A stretch of DNA of 60,961 nucleotides from a virus. Taxonomy: Duplodnaviria; Caudoviricetes. Below, one piece after another: positions 29,932-39,608 of this stretch (position 1 is the stretch's first letter; every line of letters starts with the position of its first letter). The stretch is taken from positions 1-60,961 of IMG/VR virus record IMGVR_UViG_3300032323_001252; one strand, written 5' to 3'. The notes beneath the pieces are model-generated. The model did not search any database. It saw nothing but the letters and a program-made list of their open reading frames with translations, and was not told where the DNA came from. Position numbers and translations under genes: made by a program.

Positions 29932-30651
29932 ATGAATTGGGAAAAGTTTAAAGACAAAATTCACGAGAGTTGGCATGATAAGCTTCGACCATTTATAGAA
30001 AGTGAGGAATGTGATAAGATTTATGCATTTCTGAAGTCAGAAAGTAAGAGGGGCAAGGTGATTGTCCCTCAATCTGATGATGTATGGAGATGTTTTAAAG
30101 AAACTCCACTCACTAATGTAAAGGTAGTTATTGTAGGTATGTGTCCATATCATACAATGACAAGAAAAGGAGACATCGTTGCAGATGGTCTATTGATGGG
30201 TTGTAGCCATACTAATTATCTACAGCCTACACTTGAGCAGTTCTATGGTGGTATAGAAAGAGAGTTGTACAAAGGATTAGCCCTAAGCAGGAATAAGAAT
30301 CCAGATGTAGCTTATCTAGCTAGACAGGGCGTGTTAATGTTTAACGCAGCTCTAACTACAGAACTAAACAAGGCTGGTGCTCACCAAGAGTTGTGGGAAC
30401 CATTTGTTAAATATCTATTTGAGAATGTATTTCAGTTCTCTGGCATACCATTTGTATTCTTAGGTAAGGACGCAGGTAAGACAGCTAAGCATCTTACAGG
30501 TTTTGATTGGCAGTTTCCTGTTAGTCATCCAGCTTCCGCATCATACAAGAACACAGAATGGGATACAGAAGGTACATTTGGTAAGATTAATACATTAATT
30601 AAACAAAATAACGGTTTTGAAATAGACTGGTTAGAAAAAATAGAATTATGA
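29932..30651 (+). CDS. ung: Uracil-DNA glycosylase family 1-like protein with variant active site
   Basis: TP...VKVVIVGMCPYH, LARQGVLMFN.ALT, H..LW..F, VSHPAS. Confidence 0.8.
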   Translation: MNWEKFKDKIHESWHDKLRPFIESEECDKIYAFLKSESKRGKVIVPQSDDVWRCFKETPLTNVKVVIVGMCPYHTMTRKGDIVADGLLMGCSHTNYLQPTLEQFYGGIERELYKGLALSRNKNPDVAYLARQGVLMFNAALTTELNKAGAHQELWEPFVKYLFENVFQFSGIPFVFLGKDAGKTAKHLTGFDWQFPVSHPASASYKNTEWDTEGTFGKINTLIKQNNGFEIDWLEKIEL

Positions 30652-30959
30652 CAGATTTAAGCAATGTTAGTTCTACTCTATTAATTAAAGAGTTAGAGAA
30701 TCGTGGTTTTTGGACAAGTTTTATATATGGTATTTCTGATGTTACACTAGCATTAGAACTTATTAATGATGCTCGAAATCCTGATGAATGTATTGTTTTA
30801 TCAGAGGATGATAAATTAGAGATTATCAATAACTGTTTTGAGGATAATAGCTGTTTTAATATCGATAGAGTGTTTGTAGAGTTAAACACTGCTATAGATA
30901 ATTATATTCTTAACGATTATGATAATGAACATTACTATCAAAAAAGAATAGAGATATGA
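30648..30959 (+). CDS. Hypothetical protein
   Basis: 103 aa, ATGA-type coupling. Confidence 0.65.
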   Translation: MTDLSNVSSTLLIKELENRGFWTSFIYGISDVTLALELINDARNPDECIVLSEDDKLEIINNCFEDNSCFNIDRVFVELNTAIDNYILNDYDNEHYYQKRIEI

Positions 30960-31150
30960 GTGTACTAAGAATATATGGTGTAGATATGGAATATGTATCT
31001 GGACCTCTTACAAAAGAAGCGTTTATGAACTTAGCCGAAGAGCTAGGGTATGTATGGACAATTGAAGGATTCGAAGATGAATTCAATTCAGGATTTATGA
31101 ATGATAACATGATTATTCAATTTATTGATTTAGAAGATGGAAAGTTTTAA
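30956..31150 (+). CDS. Hypothetical protein
   Basis: FM..AEE.G.VWT..GF...FN. Confidence 0.65.
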   Translation: MSVLRIYGVDMEYVSGPLTKEAFMNLAEELGYVWTIEGFEDEFNSGFMNDNMIIQFIDLEDGKF

Positions 31151-31403
31151 TTTTTATATCGATGAGAAGAAAACCATTTGGTATCGTGGTTACTTCAGCA
31201 TAGAAGCAAACACTGTAGAAGAAGCTAAAGAAAAGGCTAAACTATACATTAAGAATGATACAGATGAAGATAATTGGGATTGGGAACAATTAACTGATAC
31301 AACAGAAAGCCTAAGTATTGGAGACAATGATGGATGGCCAACTAGAGAGTTGTATGATGAAGAAGGTGAAATGATTATAGACAATTTAAACACAGAAAAA
31401 TGA
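31137..31403 (+). CDS. Acidic hypothetical protein
   Basis: IEANTVEEAKEKA motif. Confidence 0.65.
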   Translation: MESFNFYIDEKKTIWYRGYFSIEANTVEEAKEKAKLYIKNDTDEDNWDWEQLTDTTESLSIGDNDGWPTRELYDEEGEMIIDNLNTEK

Positions 31404-31738
31404 CAGATTTAAAACACTATCAAATATACGTGCAAAACACCAAGGATGGTGGTATGGATCACGATTATGATTTATTACAACTAGGTAATAGATTAAGTTT
31501 ATCTCATTCTATGGGAGAACAATGGAGCAAGAGTGGCAGAGGTGAGATAGTAGGAACTATAGAAGATGATGGTAATGGTATTATTATTCAACTAGAGGGT
31601 AAGAAGAAACCTATAGAGCTAGACTACAAACAAGCAGCTGAACTACAAATGTTATTAGTTGCTAGTCTTGAGAAAGATTATGTTACAGAGTTTAGATCAA
31701 CACAGCCTGTAATATCTTATTCAGGTTTGTCTGATTAG
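31400..31738 (+). CDS. Hypothetical protein
   Basis: 112 aa ORF. Confidence 0.65.
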   Translation: MTDLKHYQIYVQNTKDGGMDHDYDLLQLGNRLSLSHSMGEQWSKSGRGEIVGTIEDDGNGIIIQLEGKKKPIELDYKQAAELQMLLVASLEKDYVTEFRSTQPVISYSGLSD

Positions 31739-31763
31739 TTTGTTACCTTTTTATGTATATTTG
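31739..31763 (+). promoter_or_regulatory. Bacteroidota sigma70-like promoter
   Basis: TTTG upstream and TATATTTG (-7 consensus TAnnTTTG); spacer looks shorter than consensus. Confidence 0.5.
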
Positions 31764-31779
31764 TAACAAAAATATACAT

Positions 31780-32184
31780 ATGGCTAAGAGAGCGATAACT
31801 CCTAAGACTAGAAACTCTGGAACAATGACAGAATCAGCGTTCTGGAGTTTCATTAGGAGTGGATTAAGACAGAAGTCTAGATGGTGGAAGCCTATAACAG
31901 AATGTAAAGCTAAGGCTAAGCGTCCTTACAAGGGTCCACTAAAGAGACAGAAGTTTGAATATCAGTGTAATCAATGTAAAGGTTGGTTTCCAGAGAAGAA
32001 AATAAATGTAGACCATATCGTGCCAGCAGGTACACTAACTTGTGCTCAAGATCTTCCAGGATTTGTAGAACGTTTGTTCTGTGAAGTGGATAATCTACAA
32101 GTGATGTGTGAACCCTGTCATGATATTAAAACCCAAAATGAAAATGGACGGAGAAAAAGAAATCGCAAGGCTGTCAATAAATAA
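31780..32184 (+). CDS. HNH nuclease
   Basis: CNQC...NVDHIVP...NLQVMCEPCHDIKT. Confidence 0.85.
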   Translation: MAKRAITPKTRNSGTMTESAFWSFIRSGLRQKSRWWKPITECKAKAKRPYKGPLKRQKFEYQCNQCKGWFPEKKINVDHIVPAGTLTCAQDLPGFVERLFCEVDNLQVMCEPCHDIKTQNENGRRKRNRKAVNK

Positions 32185-32404
32185 GACACACTCGTTTACA
32201 GAGATTTGGTATGAGGGTAATGTAACTTTTGAAGGAAAGGAACACAGCTTCTGGGTTGTAGATCCACGAGGTAAAGATCCAGATGGTAGAGAATACGCTG
32301 TAGAAGTGAGGTGGTGGTTCAAGCAAGTACCACGAGAAGTACGTGCAATGCACGATCAAATAGTAGAGGCATATAAAGAAATGAAAGATGATAACAAGAA
32401 CTGA
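32144..32404 (+). CDS. Hypothetical protein
   Basis: Packed ORF with natural composition. Confidence 0.65.
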   Translation: MDGEKEIARLSINKTHSFTEIWYEGNVTFEGKEHSFWVVDPRGKDPDGREYAVEVRWWFKQVPREVRAMHDQIVEAYKEMKDDNKN

Positions 32405-33425
32405 GAAAGAGTATAGAGCTGTCCAAATGGATAGCTCTTCTAGTCTAAAAGAATTTTCTGTAGACAGAAAGAAGTATCACAAGAAGTATATTCTTGAGGA
32501 GAAGGTTGAAGATGATGAGAACAAAGCTGCTGTAATGGGTAGAGTTGTAGAAACATTACTACTAGAGCCAGAATTGTTTGAGAGTAGATTTCACATGTCT
32601 ACTTGTGAAGGTGCACCAACAGGATTGATGAATGATTTTGTGGAGGCGTTATACAAGAGAACACTAGAAGCTACAGATGTATTTGGTAAAGTTGCCAGAA
32701 CATTTGAAGACATCTCTAAAGATGCTTATGTAGATTCAGGATTCAAGATTAAGTATGAGGCTGTAATGAACAAGTTCGCTGGTTCTGAAGCAGAGACATA
32801 TTATGATGAAATTCGTGTTGTCAGAGCTAAAGGATTAACTGTAGTGACAGCTAATGACATGAACAATGCAGAACGTATTGTAGCTGAGCTTAGAAACAAC
32901 TTTGTCACTAGAGATATAGTTAATCTAGTTAAGAGTTCTCGCTATGATGTCTACAATCAATATCAAGTGGAAGGGTTTGATGTACTAGGTTTGCAGTGCA
33001 AAGGTATGATGGATAAGATCATTGTAGATCACGAAGCAAAAACTTTACAAATATATGATCTAAAATGTACTTGGTCTGTTGAAAATTTCTACGAAGAATA
33101 TTATCTTTATAGAAGAGCTTACATTCAGGCATATGTGTATTGGCAAGCAGGATTACAAATCTTAGAAGATCTTGGAATACCAGAATATCGTCTAGAATAT
33201 CCAAGTTTTATAGTTTGTGATTCTACAAATTACATGAATCCACTTATCTATACACTAGACTTAGAAGATCTTGAAGATGCAGCTGTAGGATTCTCACATA
33301 AAGGAAGAAACTATCCAGGTGTAAAGCAGATTATATCAGATTTGAAGTGGGCTAAAGAAACAGACACTTGGAATATTTCCAAAAGTCGTTATGAATCAGG
33401 TGGAGTTGTAAACATTAGACAATAG
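32388..33425 (+). CDS. PD-(D/E)XK exonuclease (RecE/Cas4-like)
   Basis: SSSSLK, KGMMDKI, IYDLKCT, YIQAYVY. Confidence 0.8.
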   Translation: MITRTEKEYRAVQMDSSSSLKEFSVDRKKYHKKYILEEKVEDDENKAAVMGRVVETLLLEPELFESRFHMSTCEGAPTGLMNDFVEALYKRTLEATDVFGKVARTFEDISKDAYVDSGFKIKYEAVMNKFAGSEAETYYDEIRVVRAKGLTVVTANDMNNAERIVAELRNNFVTRDIVNLVKSSRYDVYNQYQVEGFDVLGLQCKGMMDKIIVDHEAKTLQIYDLKCTWSVENFYEEYYLYRRAYIQAYVYWQAGLQILEDLGIPEYRLEYPSFIVCDSTNYMNPLIYTLDLEDLEDAAVGFSHKGRNYPGVKQIISDLKWAKETDTWNISKSRYESGGVVNIRQ

Positions 33426-33432
33426 TAACAAA

Positions 33433-33993
33433 ATGGAGATTAAGAAGACGATAACAAGTATTTTTATGGTTCCTACATTGAAGATTGATAGGGGAAACTT
33501 GCGAGATAATGGTTTTCTAAACGCATACATTGCAGATAAAAGAAAAGATGTACAGCACAAAGATGCTGTATATCTTCTCTTTAAACCTGAAGATCTAGAT
33601 AAGTTCAGAGAGTTCTTAGATAAAGAATACGAAAGAACCAAAAATGTAATGGATGATTATGATTACGAAGATGGTTATGTTGTAGTAGTGTACAAACTTA
33701 ATCCTAAATGGAAGAAAGACTTCCTGTTAGTCAGAGAAGGTTTGTATTCTCGAACAAGTGAAGAATTTCAAAAGTTATTTCCACAAGTTATCAAAGCAGA
33801 TACAAAACGCGGAATACTCAGAGATCAATTATCATTGCAATTTAGAGTTTTCACAAGATCCCCCGAACTAATTGATTATTGGGAAAAGAAACTAGATGTT
33901 GTCTTTACAGATGACATGGAGGTTTGGGATGGTTTCACTATCCAAAATGAAATATTAGATTTAGAAAAACTTAAAACAGAAGAATTAGTATGA
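33433..33993 (+). CDS. Hypothetical protein
   Basis: 186 aa ORF in replication operon. Confidence 0.75.
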   Translation: MEIKKTITSIFMVPTLKIDRGNLRDNGFLNAYIADKRKDVQHKDAVYLLFKPEDLDKFREFLDKEYERTKNVMDDYDYEDGYVVVVYKLNPKWKKDFLLVREGLYSRTSEEFQKLFPQVIKADTKRGILRDQLSLQFRVFTRSPELIDYWEKKLDVVFTDDMEVWDGFTIQNEILDLEKLKTEELV

Positions 33994-34370
33994 TAGAGAT
34001 ATTAAAAGAACATCCAAAAGCAGCTGAAGTAATGAAAGAGTATTATATCGATCTAATGATTGAATCAGCACAAGATTTACCAGCTCACTTTAGAGAATTT
34101 CTACAAGATAAAGGACTAGAGATGTCTAACATTGCAGACATGATGGAGGCAGCTCCTAGAAATCTATTCGATGTATTTGATAAATATGAAATTATTATCA
34201 GTATTACATACGATAGACATGCTAATAAGTTCTGCTATTTTGTAAATGAATATCAAGATAAAACACATTTTAATACACGTAAAGAAGCTGATAAAGATGC
34301 TGTAGCAACAGCTCTAACTTTACTAGAAGCTAAACTAAATGCGTTAGAAAAAGATAACGAAGAAAGTTAA
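33990..34370 (+). CDS. Hypothetical protein
   Basis: 126 aa, RKEA...A...AL.LLE. Confidence 0.7.
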   Translation: MIEILKEHPKAAEVMKEYYIDLMIESAQDLPAHFREFLQDKGLEMSNIADMMEAAPRNLFDVFDKYEIIISITYDRHANKFCYFVNEYQDKTHFNTRKEADKDAVATALTLLEAKLNALEKDNEES

Positions 34371-34456
34371 TAACAATTTTAAAATTTACTTGTTAATTGA
34401 GAAGGTCTGTGGTAATTTGCAGACCTTTTCTTTTAAAATTTAAACAACAAAAACAT

Positions 34457-35005
34457 ATGGATTTAGGCTTAGAAGCTCTATCAAAAATTACCTACAAGTT
34501 AGCTTGTCCAGTATGTGGAAAAGATAGGGAATTCAAGAGCAAATCTTTCTTTTACAAAGCTAGGAAACACAATAAACCTTGTATGTCTTGCTCTAATTCT
34601 ATAAAAGCTGGAGGAAAAGGGAATTTATATCATGGTGATTCTAAAACTTGTGCAATATGTGAGGTGATAAAACCATTGACTGAGTTCTTTAGTTACAAAG
34701 CTGGTAATCACCACTCATGTTGCAAAGACTGTTCTAAGTCAAAATCTCATAAGTATCACAAAAATACTTATAGGTTTGCTAAGTATGGTATAAGTAAAGA
34801 ACAGTTTGATGAAATGATGGTAAATCAAGATAATAACTGTGCAATATGTAAGAAGCAATTACATGATGAAATAGATATTGATCATGATCATACAACTGGA
34901 AAGGTCAGAGGTATTCTATGTGGAAAGTGTAATAAAGGATTAGGTCAATTTGATGACAATGTGGAGTTTTTGAAGAACGCAATAAATTATTTAAACAATG
35001 AGTAA
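34457..35005 (+). mobile_element. Endonuclease VII-type HNH homing endonuclease starting with an nrdJ-like N-terminus
   Basis: KYGIS..QF..M...Q...CAIC...IDHDH.TGKVRGILC.KCN.GLG.F.D; starts MDLGLEALSKIT. Confidence 0.85.
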
Positions 35006-35342
35006 TATAGAAGACTTAATCAAGACACAATACATTAGTCTCGACTCAGCACAGTTAAGAGTGTTTGTAGATGATGTAGATAAATTTGAACCTGTATTCA
35101 ATCTGCATAAATATGACCATATAGAATATACTGGAGGTTCTGTTGAGGATATTATACCAGTATTTGTTCCTGACAAAGAAAAGAGAGCAAAGTATAATAT
35201 ACCAAGTTTTGTAGAGGATATAGCAATTTCAAGTGATAAAACATTTGGCCATTGTCTTATCATATCAGTAAACAGTTGGTATGATATTAATTTACTTCAT
35301 GATTGGATTAGTAACTATTTAAAACAAGATAATAATGAATAA
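34998..35342 (+). CDS. Hypothetical protein (possible cargo of HEG cassette)
   Basis: 114 aa, overlaps HEG stop and nrdJ start. Confidence 0.6.
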   Translation: MSNIEDLIKTQYISLDSAQLRVFVDDVDKFEPVFNLHKYDHIEYTGGSVEDIIPVFVPDKEKRAKYNIPSFVEDIAISSDKTFGHCLIISVNSWYDINLLHDWISNYLKQDNNE

Positions 35343-37203
35343 TACAAGTACAGATTTAGGACTCCAGGCATTAAGTTCTATCACGGTTTTTAGTAAGTAT
35401 GCCAAGTATATTCCTAGCAAGCAGCGTAGGGAAACTTGGGATGAAATTGTCAATCGTTATGAGGACATGATGATTGCAAAATACCCACTGATGTCACAAG
35501 CAATTGTGGAAACAGCAAAGATGATTCGTGAGAAAAAGATCTTACCATCTATGCGTGCTCTACAGTTTGCTGGGCCAGCAGCAGAGGTGAACAACGCCAG
35601 AATCTATAACTGTTGTTATCTTCCTATTGATAGCATTCATAGCTTCTCTGAGTCTATGTTTCTATTGTTAGGTGGTACAGGTGTAGGTTATTCTGTACAA
35701 ACACATCACGTTAGTCAACTGCCAGAGATCAAGCGTCCTACAAAGTCTCGCAACTATCTTATAGAAGATTCTATTATGGGATGGGCTGATGCAGTGAAGA
35801 TGTTAGTGAAAGCTTATTTAGCTGGAGGAACAATGCCTAAGTTTGACTTCCGTGCTATTCGTGAGAAAGGTGCAACATTGGTAACAGCAGGTGGTAAAGC
35901 ACCAGGTCCTGAGCCATTAAAGCTATGCCTAGCACACGTTCAAGCTATCCTTGATAGAAAGCATGATGGAGAGAAATTAACAAGCTTAGAGTGTCACGAT
36001 ATCATGTGTCACATTGCTAACTCTGTATTAGCTGGTGGTATCCGTAGAAGTGCTATGATTTGTTTGTTTGATCATGACGATGAGTCTATGATTACATCTA
36101 AGTATGGTAACTGGTGGGAAACTAATGAGCAACGTGGACGTGCTAATAACTCTGCTGTATTAAAGCGTGGAGAGATTAGTGAAGAACAATTCAAAGCTCT
36201 ATGGAAACGTGTAGAAGCTTCAGGATCAGGAGAACCAGGATTGTATTGGACTAACAACTTAGACTGGGGAACTAACCCATGTTGTGAGATTGCTTTACGT
36301 CCTTATCAGTTCTGTAACTTATGTGAAGTGAATGTATCTGATGTAACAGACCAAGAAGATCTAAATGCTCGTGTAGCAGCAGCTGCTTTCTTTGGTACTC
36401 TACAAGCAGGATTCTTTGACTTTCATTACTTACGTCCTATCTGGGCAAAAACTACACAGAAAGATGCTCTATTGGGTATTGGTATGACAGGTATTGGTTC
36501 AGGAGAAATCTTGAAATATGACTTAGCAGTTGCTGCTGAAGTAGCAAAAGCTGTAAACAGAATGATTTCTGAGAAGATTGGCACAAACGAGGCAGCTCGT
36601 GTAACTTGTATCAAACCATCAGGTACTACATCATTGGTATTAGGAACAGCTTCTGGTATTCACGCATGGCACAATGATTTCTATTTACGTACAATGCGTT
36701 TCAACAAGAACGAAGATATTGCTGTGTATCTAATGAACAATCATCCTGAACTATGTGAAGATGATGTATTACGTCCTAATGATACAGTTTGTGTACGTAT
36801 TCCAGTTAAAGCACCAGAAGGTTCTATCTTACGTACAGAAACACCTATAGATACGCTTGAGCGTGTTAAGCTATTCTCTACAGATTGGATTAGAACAGGA
36901 CACGTTAATGGTGATAACACTCACAACGTATCAGCTACTATTTCTATTAGAGATGACGAATGGGAATCTGTAGGAGATTGGATGTGGGAAAATCGTAACA
37001 CTTATAATGGTCTATCTGTATTGAACTACTGGGGTGGTTCATATCAGCAAGCACCGTTTGAAGACATTACAGAAGAAGAATATAATAAACGAATTGTTAC
37101 ACTTAAAGAACTAGATTTAACCAATGTCAAAGAAGCAAACGACAATGTTGAATTCGGACAAGTTGCAGCTTGTAGTGGGGGTGCATGCGAAACTAATATC
37201 TAA
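35335..37203 (+). CDS. nrdJ: Class II (adenosylcobalamin-dependent) ribonucleotide reductase
   Basis: YNCC, GGTGVG, GGIRRSA, TNPCCEI, FCNL, TCIKPSGT, C-terminal ACSGGAC; no NrdB nearby. Confidence 0.92.
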   Translation: MNNTSTDLGLQALSSITVFSKYAKYIPSKQRRETWDEIVNRYEDMMIAKYPLMSQAIVETAKMIREKKILPSMRALQFAGPAAEVNNARIYNCCYLPIDSIHSFSESMFLLLGGTGVGYSVQTHHVSQLPEIKRPTKSRNYLIEDSIMGWADAVKMLVKAYLAGGTMPKFDFRAIREKGATLVTAGGKAPGPEPLKLCLAHVQAILDRKHDGEKLTSLECHDIMCHIANSVLAGGIRRSAMICLFDHDDESMITSKYGNWWETNEQRGRANNSAVLKRGEISEEQFKALWKRVEASGSGEPGLYWTNNLDWGTNPCCEIALRPYQFCNLCEVNVSDVTDQEDLNARVAAAAFFGTLQAGFFDFHYLRPIWAKTTQKDALLGIGMTGIGSGEILKYDLAVAAEVAKAVNRMISEKIGTNEAARVTCIKPSGTTSLVLGTASGIHAWHNDFYLRTMRFNKNEDIAVYLMNNHPELCEDDVLRPNDTVCVRIPVKAPEGSILRTETPIDTLERVKLFSTDWIRTGHVNGDNTHNVSATISIRDDEWESVGDWMWENRNTYNGLSVLNYWGGSYQQAPFEDITEEEYNKRIVTLKELDLTNVKEANDNVEFGQVAACSGGACETNI

Positions 37204-37207
37204 ATAA

Positions 37208-37239
37208 TTTGGTAATCTGACATTTTATACATATCTTTG
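37208..37239 (+). promoter_or_regulatory. Bacteroidota sigma70-like promoter upstream of the HNH gene
   Basis: TTTG-(~20 nt)-TATCTTTG. Confidence 0.65.
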
Positions 37240-37256
37240 GATAAATAAAATGTCTT

Positions 37257-37808
37257 ATGAAAAGTCAAAATGAAATAGGTAAAAAGTTTGGTAAATTAAC
37301 ACCAATAGCAACAGAAAAAGATAAGAATGGGTATAACTCAAGATACATTTGTAAATGTGATTGTGGTAATACCCATTCTGTTGCTAAAACTCACTTAAGA
37401 AGAGGACTAATTACTCATTGCGGATGTGTTCGTAAAGTAGGAGCTAGTCATCATCAGTGGACTGGGGTTGGTGAAATATCATCTGGTTTTTGGTATGATC
37501 ATATAGTAAGAAGTGCTAATGGTTCTAAAGGTAATAGAAATGAAAAAGAACTTACATTAACTATTCAACAAGCTTGGGATTTATTTCTTAAACAAGATGG
37601 AAGATGTGCGTTGTCTGGTACAAAGTTACAATTTCCAAAAAGAGCTAAAGATGAATCATGGACCGCGTCATTAGATAGAATTGATTCTTCTAAAGGATAT
37701 ATACCTGGTAATGTACAATGGGTACATAAAGATATTAATATCATGAAAAATAAGTTTGATAATGATTATTTTATACATGTATGCAAACAGATAAGTCAAA
37801 AAAATTAA
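37257..37808 (+). mobile_element. Free-standing HNH-type homing endonuclease
   Basis: GKKFGKLT...CKCDCG...HCGC; CALSG; SLDRIDSSKGY..GNVQWV...N.MK. Confidence 0.85.
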
Positions 37809-37846
37809 AGGTGCAGGCGGAGCATGTGCCACTGAATAAAGTAGTG

Positions 37847-37960
37847 ATGTCACGCGAGTTTCTCTCTAGTAGAGGAACTTGCTGTGGCAACATGTGTAGA
37901 GAATGTCCATACAATCCGAGACACACTGCGGGGACAACTCAAAAATATTTTTTTCCATAG
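37847..37960 (+). CDS. Small Cys-rich protein, DUF5522-like (not in ORF track)
   Basis: MSREFLSSRGTCCGNMCRECPYNPRHTAGTTQKYFFP; RGxCCGxxCRxCPY signature; alternative GTG start at 37826. Confidence 0.7.
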   Translation: MSREFLSSRGTCCGNMCRECPYNPRHTAGTTQKYFFP

Positions 37961-37991
37961 TGAATTAAATTAAAGTGAAAAAATTAGTACA

Positions 37992-38024
37992 AATAGCCTA
38001 GGTGTTTTACGTCTAGGCTATTTT
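37992..38024 (+). terminator. Intrinsic terminator
   Basis: AATAGCCTAGG...TCTAGGCTATTTT. Confidence 0.75.
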
Positions 38025-38074
38025 ATTTTTAATGAATATTTCGTAAATTTACATATAACAAAAAGAACTAAATC

Positions 38075-39154
38075 ATGGCAAAAAAGCAAGCAAGTGAAGC
38101 TTCGGGTAAATCGAAGCTAGAGGACGCATTGGACTCTTTAAACAAAAAGTATGGTGTAGGTACAGTGCTTACATTAAATACAAAAGCGTATGGAGAATAC
38201 GATCTTATCTCAACAGGATCTATAGGATTTGATCATGTTGTATTAGGCGTAGGAGGTTTTGTAAAGGGTAAACTTTACGAACTTATGGGATGGGAAGGCT
38301 CAGGTAAGTCTACAATTTGTGGACATGCTGTAGCTAACTGTCAAAAGAATGGAGGGAAAGTTTTATATATCGATGGCGAACATGCTGTAGATAAGAAATA
38401 CTTCCAAGCATTAGGAGTAGATGTAGATTCAATGTTACTAGCTCAGCCATCTTGTGGTGAGGAAGGTTTCAACATTGCACTAGACTTGATCAACACTGGA
38501 GAGATTGATCTTGTTATTATTGACTCAGATTCATCATTGATTCCTAAGAAGATATTAGATGGTGATGTAGGTGATTCTAACATTGGTCGTAAGGCTAAGT
38601 TGAACAGTGATACATATCCTAAGATGAAAACTGCATTAGCTAGAAATAACACCTGTGCTATTATAGTTTCTCAGTATCGTGAGAAGATTGGTGTAATGTT
38701 TGGTAATCCTACTACAACTCAAGGCGGTCATGCATTAAAGTATGGTGCTGATGTTCGTATAGAAGTTACCAAGTCAGCAGCTAAGGATGGTGATTTCCAA
38801 TATGGTAATGTTACTAAACTTAAGTCTGTAAAGAACAAGATGTCTCCTCCTTATAGACTAGCTCAGTTCGAGGTGGTATATGGTGAAGGTATTGATCGCA
38901 TTGGTGAGATCTTAGTATTAGCTAATGAGTTTGAAATCTTGCGTAAGTATGGTAAGACTATCACTTATAACGATGCTAAGTATGACATTGATGAATTTAG
39001 AACTCTATTAGAGGATAACGAAGAATTCTTTGACAAACTACGTCAAGATATTATTAATAAAATTAATCAAACAGAACTTCCTACAGAGGAATTAAACCAA
39101 GAAGAAAATGAAAGTGAACTTCAAGAAATTAGTGCCGACAGCACAGAAGCCTAA
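38075..39154 (+). CDS. recA: RecA recombinase
   Basis: ISTGS..D..LG.GG, GWEGSGKST, IDGEHA, QYREKIGVMFGNPTTTQGGHALKY, KNK. Confidence 0.93.
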   Translation: MAKKQASEASGKSKLEDALDSLNKKYGVGTVLTLNTKAYGEYDLISTGSIGFDHVVLGVGGFVKGKLYELMGWEGSGKSTICGHAVANCQKNGGKVLYIDGEHAVDKKYFQALGVDVDSMLLAQPSCGEEGFNIALDLINTGEIDLVIIDSDSSLIPKKILDGDVGDSNIGRKAKLNSDTYPKMKTALARNNTCAIIVSQYREKIGVMFGNPTTTQGGHALKYGADVRIEVTKSAAKDGDFQYGNVTKLKSVKNKMSPPYRLAQFEVVYGEGIDRIGEILVLANEFEILRKYGKTITYNDAKYDIDEFRTLLEDNEEFFDKLRQDIINKINQTELPTEELNQEENESELQEISADSTEA

Positions 39155-39608
39155 ATTTGGCAAACCAGGAGATGCAGGTGCAGATCTTGTAGCTACAACA
39201 GTAGAAGCTGTTGAGCGATTTAAAAATGGTCAAATTGTATATGGTACAGGTATTGCAGTAGAGATACCTGAAGGAATGGTGGGATTAATTTTCCCACGTT
39301 CCTCTATACGCAACTACGATTTAGTAATGGCTAACTCAGTAGGAGTTATTGACAGTGGATACCGTGGAGAAATCTTTGTTACTTTTAATGTAAGAGCTGA
39401 TCATAAAATACTTGATGCAACTGAACATGTAGATACTGTTGAGGACATTCTTGTACACGTTGAGGACGAAGATTTTAAAGTATACAAAGAAGGTGATCGT
39501 ATTGCTCAGTTAGTAATTGTACCTGTACCATTGATTACTTATTCAGAAGTAGATGAGTTATCAGAAACATCTAGAGGAGATAAAGGACATGGAAGTACGG
39601 GTAATTAA
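39108..39608 (+). CDS. dut: Trimeric dUTPase
   Basis: AGADL, PRSS, GVIDSGYRGE, RIAQL, RG..G.GSTG. Confidence 0.92.
   Translation: MKVNFKKLVPTAQKPKFGKPGDAGADLVATTVEAVERFKNGQIVYGTGIAVEIPEGMVGLIFPRSSIRNYDLVMANSVGVIDSGYRGEIFVTFNVRADHKILDATEHVDTVEDILVHVEDEDFKVYKEGDRIAQLVIVPVPLITYSEVDELSETSRGDKGHGSTGN

Noticed and set aside
34397-34456. ORF-track start of the EndoVII HEG
   Set aside because: Overlaps a hairpin and promoter-like region; ATG 34457 has an A-rich leader and matches the nrdJ-like start
37204-37810. Group I intron hosting the HNH at the nrdJ 3' end
   Set aside because: nrdJ already has a complete CxxxxC tail and stop, and the flanks are too short for a ribozyme core
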